Source: Eledone cirrhosa (taxonomy: Eukaryota). From it: a stretch of 64,000 bases of DNA. A program made the translations under genes and the position numbers. The notes beneath the pieces were generated by a model. The model was given only the letters and a program-made list of their open reading frames with translations. It ran no database searches and had not been told where the DNA came from. The stretch is taken from positions 325,190,001 to 325,254,000 of the forward strand of contig OZ024742.1 in NCBI GenBank assembly GCA_964016885.1, read 5' to 3'. How positions within the stretch are numbered: the stretch's first letter is position 1; every line of letters begins with the position of its first letter. Shown here one piece after another: positions 1-13,374 of the stretch.

Positions 1-249
1 CTGCAGGTTCCTTCAGACACATGGAATTCTTTCGGAGCAAATTTTCTCACTGGGGTCCTGTCATCAAAAAACAACTTCAAAAAACATCTTCCACTCTTGT
101 CATGCCATTGGCTGTTGTTTTTCTACGTCACCCTAAATTCTGGTCACTATTTACTGCTACACTGGTCATCAGCCATTTTCCGTCTGACACACTTCAATGG
201 AGCCATGCTGGGTTTGGTATCTCACACGTCTGTCCACGCTCCCGAGTAT

Positions 250-1331
250 GTACCTACATATACATACACACACAAATACACACACATACACACATACACA
301 GGCACACCCACATGCATGCATACACATATGTACGCACACATGTGTAGACACGCATACCCCCATACACATATATACACATACACACTCTCCCTCTCTTACA
401 CATACCCAAGTACATCCATGCCCATATATAGACCACCACCTATTGGCGCCTGTCTATACAGCCCCTTACATCCGGTCCCACACGCACGCACACGCGCACA
501 CAAGCGCAGAGACACAGACACACACATACATAGACACATACCGGCGTTCGGGCACATCTGCACATATATACACAGACACTCTCAGACACATACATAGACA
601 CACACACGCACATACACGCATATCCTTATGGATAGGCATCACAGACAGACACAATTCCAAATACATAAGCCGACATACACACACAGACACAGACCTGTAT
701 ATGTATCTACACACAAGTCCATGTACCCGCATATAAACATATAGACAAACCCTGTCCTATGTGGGTGTACGTACGCCCCCCCCCCCCACACGCCCACTGA
801 CAGATACACACACCATGTATATATGTGTGTGTACATAGACACACACACATACCCACGCATACAGACACACACACATTCACAATACATATATATACACATA
901 TATATACACACATACACATACATACTTATACACACATATGTCCATATGTGTACACACACACACACACACATACATACACATAGACACACACATATACCTA
1001 CGCATATCCATATATACACATACATATATATACATACACATGCATACATATATACACATACATACACATAAATAGATACACACACACATACACACACCTA
1101 TATATAAAACTCTACATGCATACACATACCCACATACACATATACACATATATATACATACATATATATACATACGCACACGGACAAACACATGCACATA
1201 TGCATATATGCATATATGCTTACACACACATGCTTACATATACATATATAAACAAAACCGTTAAATAAATATATAATATACAATACAAATACAATATACA
1301 ATAAAATAACAATATAGTATACAATATAATA

Positions 1332-1375
<44 letters not shown>
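250..1375. repeat. Degenerate (CA)n/(TA)n low-complexity tract
   Basis: Nearly continuous CA/TA dinucleotide mosaics ending in a pure (TA)n run; the overlapping ORFs are H/T/Y/I or C/V/M artefacts. Confidence 0.9.
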
Positions 1376-1382
<7 letters not shown>

Positions 1383-2878
1383 CATGAATGAAGGTTCTGT
1401 TCAAATCATTTATTCGCTTACAATTTTTCAATGATTGTTTACATACTTGACCTCCTTTTCAACACAAGAGACATACAGAAACATATGAATATATTGATGC
1501 AGAGTGGGTTGATATCCATTATAATATTTAAGCATGGCAGTTTACATTTAAAGATTAAAGTCATATTAAAAGAAAATTACAACAAAATTATAGTTATAAT
1601 ACAACATTTGCAGTTTATGAAGATGATGCAGCAGGATAGTTAAAAGTAGTTAGTTACACGTTGGACATGCACGTGTGTCCTATTTATATAAGATTATAGT
1701 GCGGTAAGGTGTTATATGGAATATAAGCACTTTAAGCGGGCAATCAAGTGTATTATGGGGGTTGTATAGTATTTTATATGTATGATACAGAAGCTTGTGT
1801 GCAGAGAAATATTTAAAATATTAAGAATGAGAAGTATAACAGTGTTATGGTTTTCGTATACACCACCATTTTCACAATCCAGGAAACGTAATATATAGAT
1901 TATATGTCCTTCACATAATCTACGATGATTCAATATTGGATGCTTGATGAATTAGGTTGGAATATTACAGCTTGATGTTCTTTAATCCAATATTATATAG
2001 CAGGTTGTTTTTGTTGCGAGGCGTAACATCGTATTATTTTCCGGAAGTGTGTGTGTGATTAAGGGGAGTTAATGGGTGAGGGGAGGTAACTAGCTGATTT
2101 CTATAACTAAAATATATTATCCTAATGTACATTAAATGGTGTCACACATGAGTCTATATCATATAGGTTATAAACAGTTTCTAAGTATAAGTATCCTATC
2201 TATAAATTACAGTCTAGTCTATTAAGATGTACTAAAGGTGTTCATATTAGGATGATTATCCATTATCATAGAGTGCCACAACTGAATATTCTACATGAAG
2301 AGTCAGATCCCCAAATCAATGATCTTTGTAAGTGTAGTCTACCCGCAGAACCTGGCAGGGTTTTATTATAATCACTTCTATATATAACTCCCGGTAAGCT
2401 CAGGGTCAGCGCATGTCTGATTGCATGGCAAAGTTAAATATTACTATGGTAGACCAGAGATTAATACTCACTTACAATGTCACCAATCTGACAATCATGT
2501 CATACATGTATGTACAACTCATATATCACTTGCACATAATTCATTGTACCTAGCATAAAGGTTAAATATTTCTTTTATGTTAATAAATTAATTAATCTTC
2601 CATTTATCCAATGATGGCACTCCATACACAGAACAACATTAGCACAACCCATTCAGTGTTTAAAGTTTACATTAATTATACAGTGGTGTAATGTAGTCTA
2701 AGTAATTGAAGGCAATTATACCAAAAGCAGATGTACATGGGGATATGTCTAGGGTAAAAAGGTTCTAGAAGGAATTCACTATTTGTGTTAATGTGGATCA
2801 TTGAGTGTGGAGATGTGGTGTAAGGTGTGCCCTTGAGGTTTGTTTCTAGAGTTGGTGACGGTTTCAAGTCTGACTTTG

Positions 2879-4436
2879 TTATATATTGGGTTTAAAGTTT
2901 TGGAAGGAGTGTCTGAAGCGGTGCTTGCAAGACGTGAACACCTCTGATTTTTTATTAAGGAGGTTACGGTTTGAGAAGATAATAGTATGGGTCTCTAGTA
3001 GACAGAGGTTACAAAATTTATTAGGTGGTTTGTACGATGTCGCGTTACCTATCACTTCCCATTTAAGTGTATAAGATTTATTTTTAGTTTTTAGATAGTG
3101 TATGTAGCTAGATAGTGAAGTGGAGTTGGCTAGACTGTGTTTTTTGAAAGAGTGGAAGTGCGAATTGTATCTAGTTTTGAAGCAGTTTGAAGTAGAGCCT
3201 ATATAGGTTTCAGAAGAGTTGCTAGTTGTGACGGTGCATGAGTATATTATATCCTTGATTAATCATTTTTTATCTAAAGAGCAGGTTCTATTTGATCTAC
3301 AGTTACAATTATTCTGGGTGTTAGTCTGCCGGTTATTATGTTGTGTAGAAGTCCGGATGGTAGCTATAGGATTATGGTTATGGGGGTTGATGTTCCCAGC
3401 GTTATTACTTACAGTAGTGCTATTACTATTATTACTATTGTTATTAGGGTTAGTTGATATAATGTTATTATGAAGGTTTATCGCCTGTTGTGATTTAGTT
3501 TGTTGGAAGTAAGAATTAATTTTCCTTTTATTGCTACTAGCTATGTGGTATGCTATGTTAGACATAGTAGAGTAGGAGATTTTAACGGTGTTTTTGTTTA
3601 AAAGGCTATGGTACTTGTGGCCAGATGGGAAGTTTTTATCTAGGAGTGAGAAGAAAGCTCTAGGTAGGTTGGTAGATACGTTTAGATTGAAAGGAGGGTT
3701 GAAAAATGTATTATTTCTTCTTCTATTTTTGTTTTTTATGCCTGTTGAGTTGTTTCCTTTTATGGTAGTATGGTAATTTCTGTGGTGTGGGTTACTTTTG
3801 TTGGCATCTACCGTATTAGTGTGTGTGTGGTTGCTATTCTTATTACTAAATTTCCTCATGGACATATTGTGCGAAATAATATTGTAGCTATGTGTTTTTG
3901 TAGGTAGGAACTCGATCTCTATATTATGGCCTGATCTAGCTAATGCCTGATTATAATATTGCGAGTTTCTGCTAAATATGTTTATGTTATATGATAGATT
4001 AGAGATTCTATTGGATACTCCCTTAGAGATAGTTTAATATTGATCTAGGGTGGTTAGACTTGGTATCTACGTAAATGAGTTTTTCGTTAGGTTTATGGAA
4101 AGGTGTATATATCTTTGAGTCTAGGTAGAGGGTGGCGTCCAGGAAGTAAACGTTTTTAGTGATTTTGTCCATGGTGATACTAAGGTTATAGTTTTTGAAT
4201 GTCTTGTGTAATAGTTTTCTAGTTCTTTCTATATTGATTTTTTTATAGTCTATAAGTAGAAGTGCATCATCGCGGTACAAACCACCGTTGAGGTATGGAA
4301 GGTCCTTATGGATTTCGTTAAGTAAATATAGGCCGACCAAATCAGTGACCTGCGCCGAGTCACTAGATCCCTTGTTTATGTCGAAGTTATTTTGCGTATC
4401 TTTGCGGGTCCATAATTGGTCTTCAAAGGTGATTAC
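2879..4436 (-). pseudogene. Naiad-type PLE RT + GIY-YIG endonuclease (partial; one frameshift ~4035; in-frame TGA at 3263-3265)
   Basis: Manual translation: FDINKGSSDSAQVTDLVGLYLL, GLYRDD, FHKPN..YV..SNHP, FFNPPF, VKISYSTM, CNCR....CSLDKK*LIKDIIYSC, YIGST..FKTRY, CNLCLLE, LLNKKSE..CKH, stop TAA at 2879-2881. Confidence 0.9.
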
Positions 4437-5138
4437 TAGGATAATATATTTTAGTTATAGAAATCAGCTAGTTACCTCCCCTCACGCATTAACTCCCCTT
4501 AATCACACACACATTTCCGGAAAATAATACGATGTTAAGCCTCGCAGCAAAAACAACCTGCTATATAATATTGGATTAAAGAACATCAAGCTGTAATATT
4601 CCAACCTAATTCATCAAGCATCCAATATTGAATCATCGTAGATTATGTGAAGGACATATAATCTATATATTACGTTTCCTGGATTGTGAAAATGGTGGTG
4701 TATACGAAAAACCATAACACTGTTTTACTTCTCATTCTTAATATTTTAAATATTTCTCTGCACACAAGCTTCTATATCATACATATAAAATACTATACAA
4801 CCCCCATAATACTCTTGATTGCCCGCTTAAAGAGCTTATAATCCATATAACACCTTACCGCACTATAATCTTATATAAATAGGACACACGTGCATGCCTC
4901 ACGTAACTAACTACTTCTAACTATCCTCCTGCATCATCTTCATAAACTTCCAATGTTGTATTATAACTTTAATTTTGTTGTAATTTTCTTTTAATATGAC
5001 TTTAATCTTTAAATGTAAACTGCTATGCTTAAATATTATAATGGATGTCAATCCACTGTGCATCAATATATACATATGTTTCTTTATGTCTCTTGTGTTG
5101 AAAAGGAGGTCAAGTATGTAAACAATCATTGAAAAATT

Positions 5139-5183
5139 GCTCCGAAGACTTCAAACCTCGGTTTGGAAGAAACAATTGTAAGC
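5139..5183 (+). ncRNA. Minimal type I hammerhead ribozyme (variant core) in Naiad pLTR
   Basis: gct-CCGAAGA-cttcaaac ctcg gtttggaa-GAAA-caattg-TA-agc: stem I gct/agc, stem II, palindromic stem III, GUA cleavage triplet. The core has C in place of U4. Confidence 0.65.
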
Positions 5184-6171
5184 GAATAAATAATTTGAAC
5201 AGAACTTTGATTCATGTAATTTCTATATAACTGCACTGTAGACCAACTGATGTTACTACATTGAGGTATTTATCTTACTGGTAATAAGGTAGTAATAAAT
5301 TACTGTCTTTCACTGTTTAGGGTTTAAAATATATATAACTATAAAAGGTTTTAGTGTATACATAACAAGAAGTAGTATCCTTAATACTATATATACATAT
5401 ATATAATTATATATATATAATAGATATATGTTAATAATATATAAGAAAATGAATATATAATCATCCATACACATTCCTGTGAGATGTACACATATATATA
5501 TATATCTAAACATACACATAGACACACATACATATACATACACAGACACATACATACATACGCACTCACATACACACACATACACATACAGAGCTATATA
5601 TATATACATACAACCACATATGTACACACATGTACAAGCATGCACACACACACATATATAAACTGACGCATATACGTACACATATACACATACACACCCA
5701 CACACACAAACACGTATGTATATATCTCTACATACGCACACACATACATATACATATGCACAGGTCTACACATAAACACACATATAAAAAAACAATAAGA
5801 TTATAAAATAAAATAAATTTACAATATGTTAAAATACATTAAAACCTGTATATAACTTCACAAAGAGATATATAAAAAAAAGGGTAAAGGAGAAGGTACG
5901 GGTATTCATGTGATATACTACACACGTAGTATGAGGTGAAAACATAGGTCCGTGTATGGAACAAACAATAATAGCAATAATAATAGTAATAATAATAATA
6001 ATAATAATTGTTCCAAAGTTGAACATGTGGAGGGTATATATTCAAGATTGACACATAAAATATATAAAAGATACAGAAGCGAAAACCAACCAAACAGTGA
6101 GTGTGTTCTGTTATTAATTCTGGCAATCTTATTATAACAATAACAATAACAATATGACCCTCCCCAAGTAT

Positions 6172-6250
<79 letters not shown>

Positions 6251-6254
6251 TTTA

Positions 6255-7115
6255 TATGTATATAAATGGAAAAAATGAAACGAAATTTCATTTCTCACTC
6301 TTAGTACTGCTGTTACTTAAATATAAGTATGTATACGTATATATGTATACAGACGTACAGTAGTATGTATATATATACATACATGCACATATATATATAT
6401 ATGTTCGTATGGATTTACCGAACATTTATTATAATGCTAGGTTTGTTTGTAAACAAACATCCCGAATTAAGCCGTACAGTATTTAGCAACCATCGTTGCC
6501 CTTTTGTTCAACACTGACAAAGGAACGATTTACTAGTTTCAAGCTTATTAGCTATCGTATTTACAAACAAACCAAGCATTATAGTAAATGTTCGGTAAAT
6601 CCATACGTACATATATATATGTGTGCATATACATACTACTGTACGTCTGTATACATATATGTATGTACGTATACATACATACTTACATTTAAGTAAGTGC
6701 CGTACTAAGAGTGAGAAATGAAATTTCATTTCATATTTTCCATTCATCGTTTTCGGTGCGCCCGGCCGATTAACTCACTCGATATGCAAATTAAACTGCT
6801 GAGCCGTTAATATGCATAAGGAAAGTATATACTTTCAGACGTTCAATCAGCTGGCAGGAAGACATACGGTGCTGACGATAGCTCATGAGCTTGAAACTAG
6901 TAAATCGTTCCTTTGTCACTGTTGAACAAAAGGGCAACGATGGTTGCTAAACAATCTACGGCTTAATTCGCGATGTTTGTTTACAAACAAACCGAGCATT
7001 ATAATAAATGTTCGGTAAATCCATACGTACATATATATATGTGTCCATGTATGTATATATATACATACTACTGTACCTCTGTATACATATATGTATGTAC
7101 GTATACATACTTATA
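6255..7115. mobile_element. HHR-containing ~420-bp tandem unit (retrozyme-like / non-autonomous PLE), with inverted 5' arm
   Basis: ccatacgtac recurs at 6601 and 7021 (period 420). 6255-6558 is the reverse complement of parts of the same unit. The same family occurs at 39670-40445 and 8250-8310. Confidence 0.75.
6866..6908 (+). ncRNA. Type I hammerhead ribozyme
   Basis: acggtg-CTGACGA-tagctc at gagctt-GAAA-ctag-TA-aatcgt; palindromic stem III (actagt). Confidence 0.75.
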
Positions 7116-7407
<292 letters not shown>

Positions 7408-7435
7408 TTTATATATAAGTTTCTATATATATAAC

Positions 7436-7628
7436 TTTATCCCGGGTTCAATCGGGGGTAACCACAGTAGGTAAGGTACTCAATACAAAGTAGAGTAGAA
7501 GTATTTAATATAGAAAAGGCTTCTACAGGATTAGAACTGTTTAATTTGGGAGAATTCATCAGGAAGCTGCTGCTGATTTTTTCCCCGACTAAAACAGTCC
7601 TGTAGAAGCCTTTTCTCGTTTTCTATAT

Positions 7629-7632
<4 letters not shown>
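7436..7632. mobile_element. Palindromic PLE pLTR remnant with degenerate HHR
   Basis: gaaaaggcttctacagga...tcctgtagaagccttttc inverted arms; same family as 44496-44672 and 8388-8428. Confidence 0.6.
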
Positions 7633-7679
<47 letters not shown>

Positions 7680-7681
<2 letters not shown>

Positions 7682-8233
7682 TGGCTGCCAACTCGTTTTC
7701 GAGTACGGCCACTACTTTATATCCACGTAGGAGAACCCCTACCGATGCACTGAACGAGTCTGACTTTTTAGTCCAGCCAGCGACTTGAAAACTCTGGTAC
7801 AAACACTACACTTGTGACAATTATTGACACATAGTGCTGGGCCCATGGTACCATGTGACGACAAGTGCAGAGAGATCTCCAGATATAAAGCAATGCCTGT
7901 GCCGTGAAGCTTTTATAGTGAGCAAAGGCACTGCACAAAGCCAGTCCCACTCTCTTAACCAAGATGATATTTACCAAAAAGACGAACAAGTCAACATCAT
8001 TGGATACCATCAGGGTTGCAGGTGTTATATCAGAGTTTCCCTTCTCCTAGAATTCTGCCTTGACAAAGGCTAAAGGGTCATCTCTCCCGGTGATTTTGGA
8101 TGGCCATTGACTCTTAGCTCCTTTGCCCTTTGACAGGTTTTGGTTTTAGTCCTGCAGGATGTCCAAAGTCACCCTCCTCACCAAGAAACCTTGGTGGGGT
8201 TGCCAGTTTAGTCTCTAACGACCCGACCATGGG
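7680..8233 (-). mobile_element. Probable degenerate interspersed repeat (RTE-like 5' region?)
   Basis: Higher-GC island between (TA)n runs. The motif cagagtttcccttctcctag..gcct..aggct recalls RTE-clade 5' UTRs (from memory); no ORF support. Confidence 0.3.
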
Positions 8234-8527
8234 TATATATATATATATATATACATACTACTGTACGTCTGTATACATATATGTATGTACGTATACATAC
8301 TTATATTTATACATATATATATATTTATATATATATATATATATATATTTATATACATAAGTTTATATATAAGTTTCTATATATATAACTTTATCCCGGG
8401 TTCAATCGGGGGGTAACCACAGTAGGTGGTTATATTTAATTAGAGGTTATATTTAATTTGTTGGGATACAACAAGCCAAATATTTTTATAACTGATATAA
8501 AGCACTCAACAAATTCTTGGAGTAAAT

Positions 8528-8832
8528 ATACAATATATTAACAAATGGAAGCTATATTTATAAAACCATATTTATTTCATTATACATATTTCAAGGGCCA
8601 CCAAGGCAAATTATGAAGTATAATATAGGTTAGTTTTATAAATACATATTGACAGGAGATTCCAACCAGAATGGTTGCATTTTTTCAGGGTATGTCAATA
8701 TTTATTTATAAAACTAACCTATATTATATTTTATCTGATGAAAGCGCACCATATTTTGCCTTGGTAGCTCTTGAAATATGTATAATGAAATATATATGGT
8801 TTTATAAATATAGCTTCCATTTGTTAATATAT

Positions 8833-8837
<5 letters not shown>
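8528..8837. repeat. Inverted repeat (AT-rich dispersed family)
   Basis: 8528-8654 is the reverse complement of 8693-8837 with one indel; related fragments at 13560-13780 and 14770-14865. Confidence 0.75.
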
Positions 8838-8926
<89 letters not shown>

Positions 8927-9008
8927 AAAATGGAACGGGAACAAAAGAGAGAGGCAGAACGAAAAAAGGTTTATTAGTTTCACGCTCTTGAGAGTGGGGG
9001 GGGGGGGG

Positions 9009-9037
9009 CGTTTCGGGCATAAGCCCTTCTTCAGGCG
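9009..9037 (-). ncRNA. Hammerhead ribozyme core in Neptune pLTR (cleavage triplet lost to poly-C)
   Basis: Minus strand: gcCTGAAGAagggc ttat gcccGAAAcg followed by a C run instead of the GTC seen in the 55086-55119 copy. Confidence 0.6.
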
Positions 9038-10209
9038 AAAAGTGTGTGGGAAGAGAGTTCCGAGGGTGTGTAGGGGAGTGGGGGAGAGACATTTAGAAAA
9101 AAAGTGGGTGAGGAAAAATGGTGGAAGGGGTACACATGAAAATAAATATTTAAAATATAAAAATAAAAATAAAAATGAAGATAAACAAGTGGTGGAAGGG
9201 TGTGGAGCGTGTAGGGGTGTTGGCGGGTGGAGTGGGGAGAGGGAGGCGGGTGTCCGAGCGGGGAGAGTCTGAAGGTGGTGTATGTGTGTAGGTGTACGAC
9301 TGTGTGTGTGTGTGTATGTGAATGTGAGAGTTGGGGGAAGAACGAGGTTCCATGTTCAGGAAAAGGTGTGTGTGTGGGGTGGGGTGTAGGTCGATGTTTG
9401 TGTGCGCGTGTGAATTGGAATGGGTCAGAGGTGTGGTTAGAGAGGATTCTTGAGGCTGAGTGTGTATATATGTGGGGGTACGCACGTATCTGTGGTGTTT
9501 ATACGTATTGTGGATGTAGGTGGCGTGGTTGGAAAAAGATTTTGTGAGTGTATGTCCGTGGGTAAGTTCCTAAAGTAGTTCCGTAGAAAGTGTGGTGTGC
9601 TGCGGATATTTTCCTTGTGATGGAGTTGATGGTGTGAACGATGGCCAATGTGTGTAATCCTTGGTTCTGTTAGTCGGAAGAGGGGAGATGTGGGGTGCGC
9701 GCGCAACAGGAAGTGGTCAGAGGGTCAAGGCAGGAGGAGGGTAGAGGAGAATGACAGGTGGAGAGGGCTGTGTGTCTATGTGTGCGGAGAAGTGGTCAGA
9801 GGGTCAAGGCATAGCAGCAGTAGAGGGGAATGGGAGGTTGAGAAAGTCAGTGTGTGCGGAGGTGCAGTGGTCAGGGGAGAGGATGGTAGGTGTGAAAGGT
9901 GGGGTAGGGATGGGGTCGTGCGGAGGGAGGGGGTTTGTATTAGTAGAGGTGTTAGTGGGATGTGTGTGTGTGTGTGTGTGTGAAGGGGTGTGGGTGGAGC
10001 GGAGAGAGGGAGAGAAAGATGTGGGGGTCGCTGGAGGGTGTGTAGTGTACTGGTGTGTGTGTGTGCATGTTTGGATGAGTGTGTGTGTGTGGTGAATGGG
10101 GTGTTAGTGGGTGTTAGTATACTGGTGGTGGGGAAAGGGTTGAATGCGGGTGTGTTAGTGGGGTCAGTGATGGTAGGCTGTGTAGAATGGGTGGTGTAAG
10201 TACGAGTGG

Positions 10210-12550
10210 GTGGGTGGGTGTGTTCGTGGGTGGGGAGTTCAGGCCGGGGGAAGTCTGGGTCTGTAGGCTGAAGATGGTGCGTTGTTCGTCCCTGAGGAGG
10301 TTGGCGGGTGTTCCGTGGCATTGGAGTAGGCCACAGACTGTGAGGTGGTACGCGGAATGTCCAGGGGAGCCATTGTGGCGGGCGATGGGGCAACTCCCGC
10401 CGAGACGAATATCCCGAAGGTGTTCAGTGAAACGGTCCGCCAGGCGACGGCCAGTCTGTCTGACGTAGGTTGCGCTACACTCCGTGCAGCAAAGTCCATA
10501 GACTAGGTTGGAGGAGGTGCAGCGGAAGCCGTGCCGGACAGAGAGAAAGTGGCCGTTGGGACCCTGGAAGGTGGTGGTGTTGGTGATGTGGGGACAGGTG
10601 TTGCAACGAGGGCTGGAACAGGGAAGGAAACCGGGGGGGGGTTGGGGTAGGGATCCGCGGACGAGGAGGGTGAGGAGATTGCGTGCGCGTTTGAAGGAGT
10701 TGAGTGTTGGGATGGGAAGATGTGGGAGGTGGAGGTGTCGGACTGGAGGCGTCGGATGAAGCGGAGGATGGTGTGGTAGAGGGGTAGGGTGGAGGGGTGC
10801 TAGGTGATGGAGAAGGGGAGACAGTGGGTGCGTGTGCGGTGGAGTGGGGTGAGGGTGGTGAAGCGGTGGACAGCACGGGCGCGAGTGAGGGCGGTGTGGA
10901 CGAGAGGAGGGAGTTGGGGGGTGGGGTAATCTCTCCAGATAAAATAGCTGACTAGGGAAAGGGCCTGGGACTCAAATTCAGCATCTCGGCTGCAGAGGTG
11001 GCGGTTCCTGAGGAGTTGGGAGTAGGGAATATGGTGTTTAGTGTGTGTAGGGTGGGAGGAGGTGAAATCGAGGTAGGAGCGGGAGTCGGTGGATTTGAAG
11101 AAGACGGAGGTGACAAGGGAGTGGTGGGAGGGGTCGATGGCGACGGAGATGTCTAAGAAGTGGACGTGGGTTGTGGAGATAGAGGTGGAGAAGTGGAGGG
11201 AGAGGTAGAAGGAGCAGAAGGAGGAGAGAAAGGAGTCGAGCTGTTCTCGGGTGAGGGTCGTGGCTCTGATACAGTCGTCGATGTAACGACCGTACAGTTC
11301 GGGCGTGGGGCCGGTGTACTGGGCAAAGATTTGGGTCTCAACATGGCCAACGAAAAGGTTGGCATTATTTGGGCCCATTCTTGTGCCCATGGCTACCCCC
11401 ATGACCTGTTGGTAAAACTCACCCGAGAAGGAGAAACAGTTGAGGGTGAGGACCAGCTCGGCAAGGCGAGGGTGGATGGGGGTGGATATGATGGGGGAGG
11501 GGCGAAGGTCGAGGTAGTACTTGAGGGCACGTAGGCCGTCGGCGTGGGGGATGACAGTATAAAGCGACTTGATATCTAGGGTGAAGAGGTCCGCCGGTTA
11601 GATGACGATGTTATCTCGGCTACGGAGGGAGCGGAGAGCGAGGAGTTCGCCCCGTGAGATGTTATTCCGTTTGGACCGGTGGCGGAAGTCGAAGCGATTT
11701 ACTGAAACGCGTCTAGGGTGCTAAATTGCCCTGGGGCCGGCGTCCAAGACGATGGTCGTCGGAGAGGGCGAGAAACGGGTTTGGGGCGTTCGGAGCCGAT
11801 GGCGTTTGATCGGAATGTGCCTGTAGCTTCGTGCGTCGCACGAATCGATCGACTTCCGTTCGGGTGCGGAACTCGTCGCTGTGCGGAGTGTGGGGTATGA
11901 AGTGAAGGCCTCTACCGGGGAGTGAGCGCTCAGGTGCGGAGAGGTGGGTGAATGGGGGGGTGGGTGGATGGGGGGCATTGGGTAGGAGTGTGTGGTGGGG
12001 AAGGGATGGAGAGTGGTGGGGATGGGAGGGATTGGGGGGTCGGGGGTGGAGGGTCAAAGGGATGTGCGGGGGGTGGGGGGGGGGGGGTAGGGAGGAGTGA
12101 GTTTAGCTTAAGGGCTTTGGTGGAGGTGAGGAAGGAGAAGAGGTCGTGGTTGAGGTTTTGGATGAAGAGGAGTATGGAGTGGGCGAGGAGGGGGTGACAG
12201 GCGGAGTTAAGGCGGATGAGGGTGGGAGTCAGTTGGTAGTCAAGTTTGCGGATGGTGGAGCGGGAGGCGCGGAGGGAGGATACGTTGGGTGGATGGGGAA
12301 GCGGAGGGGGAAGTGTGGAAGTGTAGACGGAAGCCAAGGGGGATAAGGTGGAGGTGGAGGCAGTGGCTGAGGAAAAGGATGTGGCTGGAGTGCCGGGTTT
12401 TGGCGAAGAGAAAGTAGGAGAGTTGGAAGGCCGAGGGGAGATAGCAGGGTGGGGGGGTGGGGGGTGAAGAAAAGTTTGAGGTGGGTGTGGAGTTGGTGGA
12501 GAAAGGATCTCAGGCTGGGCATAGTGGACGTGGAGTCAAAGCAGGGGGTG
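10210..12550 (-). pseudogene. Neptune PLE RT/GIY-YIG, fragmented
   Basis: Track ORF 10800-11402 carries the RT core; frameshifts and stops elsewhere; TSSNLVY..C..C..TYVRQTGRRLADRFTEH near 10420-10520. Confidence 0.85.
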
Positions 12551-13315
12551 GAATAAGAAGGGAGGTGTGTGATGCCGGGCGGGGTGGAACGAAGGGGTGA
12601 GTGCGAAAGGTAGGCAGGGACGGGATTAGGGAAAATCAAACAGAAATAACGTAAGGAGAGGAGAGTGTACACAGGAAAATCATATATAAAAAATCATAAT
12701 CGTAAATAAACACAGGCAATCATGGACAAAAAAATCATAGACAGAAATAAACAAATACAGTAAATAAATCAATCAAAAAGTAATGCAAAGAAAGGAAAAA
12801 ACGGGTTGTGCGAGGGTGTGGGGAAATTTCAGAGAGTGGTCACGGCAGATTAGATCGGGGTTGAGCCGGTAGTCAAGGTAGTACTCTAAGTTGGTATGGA
12901 AGCCGTGGACGCGTGTATTGTATAGTGAAAAATGGAACGGGAACGAAACAGAGAGGCAGTACGAACAAAGGTTTATTAGTTTCACGCTCTTGAGAGGGGG
13001 GGGGGGGGGTTCGGGCATAATCCCTTTTTCAGGCAAAAAGTGTGTGGGAAGAGAGTTCCGAGGGTGTGTAGGGGAGTGGGGGAGAGACATTTAGAAAAAA
13101 GAGGGGAGGAAAAGGAGGAAAAACGGTGGAAGGGGTACAAATAAATATAAATATAAAAAAATAAAAAATAAACATGAAGATAAACAAATGGTGAAAGGGT
13201 GTGAGGCGTGTAGGGGTGGTGGCGGGTGGAGTGGGGAGAGGGAGGCAGGGTGTCCGAGCGGGAGGGCTGAAGGTGGTGTATGTGTGTAGATGTACGTGTG
13301 TGTGTGTGTGTGTGT

Positions 13316-13374
<59 letters not shown>

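Larger units (their letters stand above)
1373..5390 (-). mobile_element. 5'-truncated Naiad-type Penelope-like retroelement with inverted pseudo-LTR
   Basis: RT and GIY-YIG coding region on the minus strand (2879-4436). About 750 bp of 3' pLTR (1373-2124) recurs inverted at 4437-5228, the typical PLE 5'-truncation/inverted-pLTR structure. Confidence 0.9.

Noticed and set aside
1-1385. Many overlapping ORFs rich in H/T/Y/I or C/V/M
   Set aside because: They are translations of CA/TA microsatellites, which lack stop codons; the unique first 250 bp shows no recognisable domain.
2460-2510. Possible SECIS (minus strand ATGAC..tgtca/tgaca..TGAG)
   Set aside because: The helix pairs poorly and the apical loop lacks the AA motif; it cannot be supported without SECISearch.
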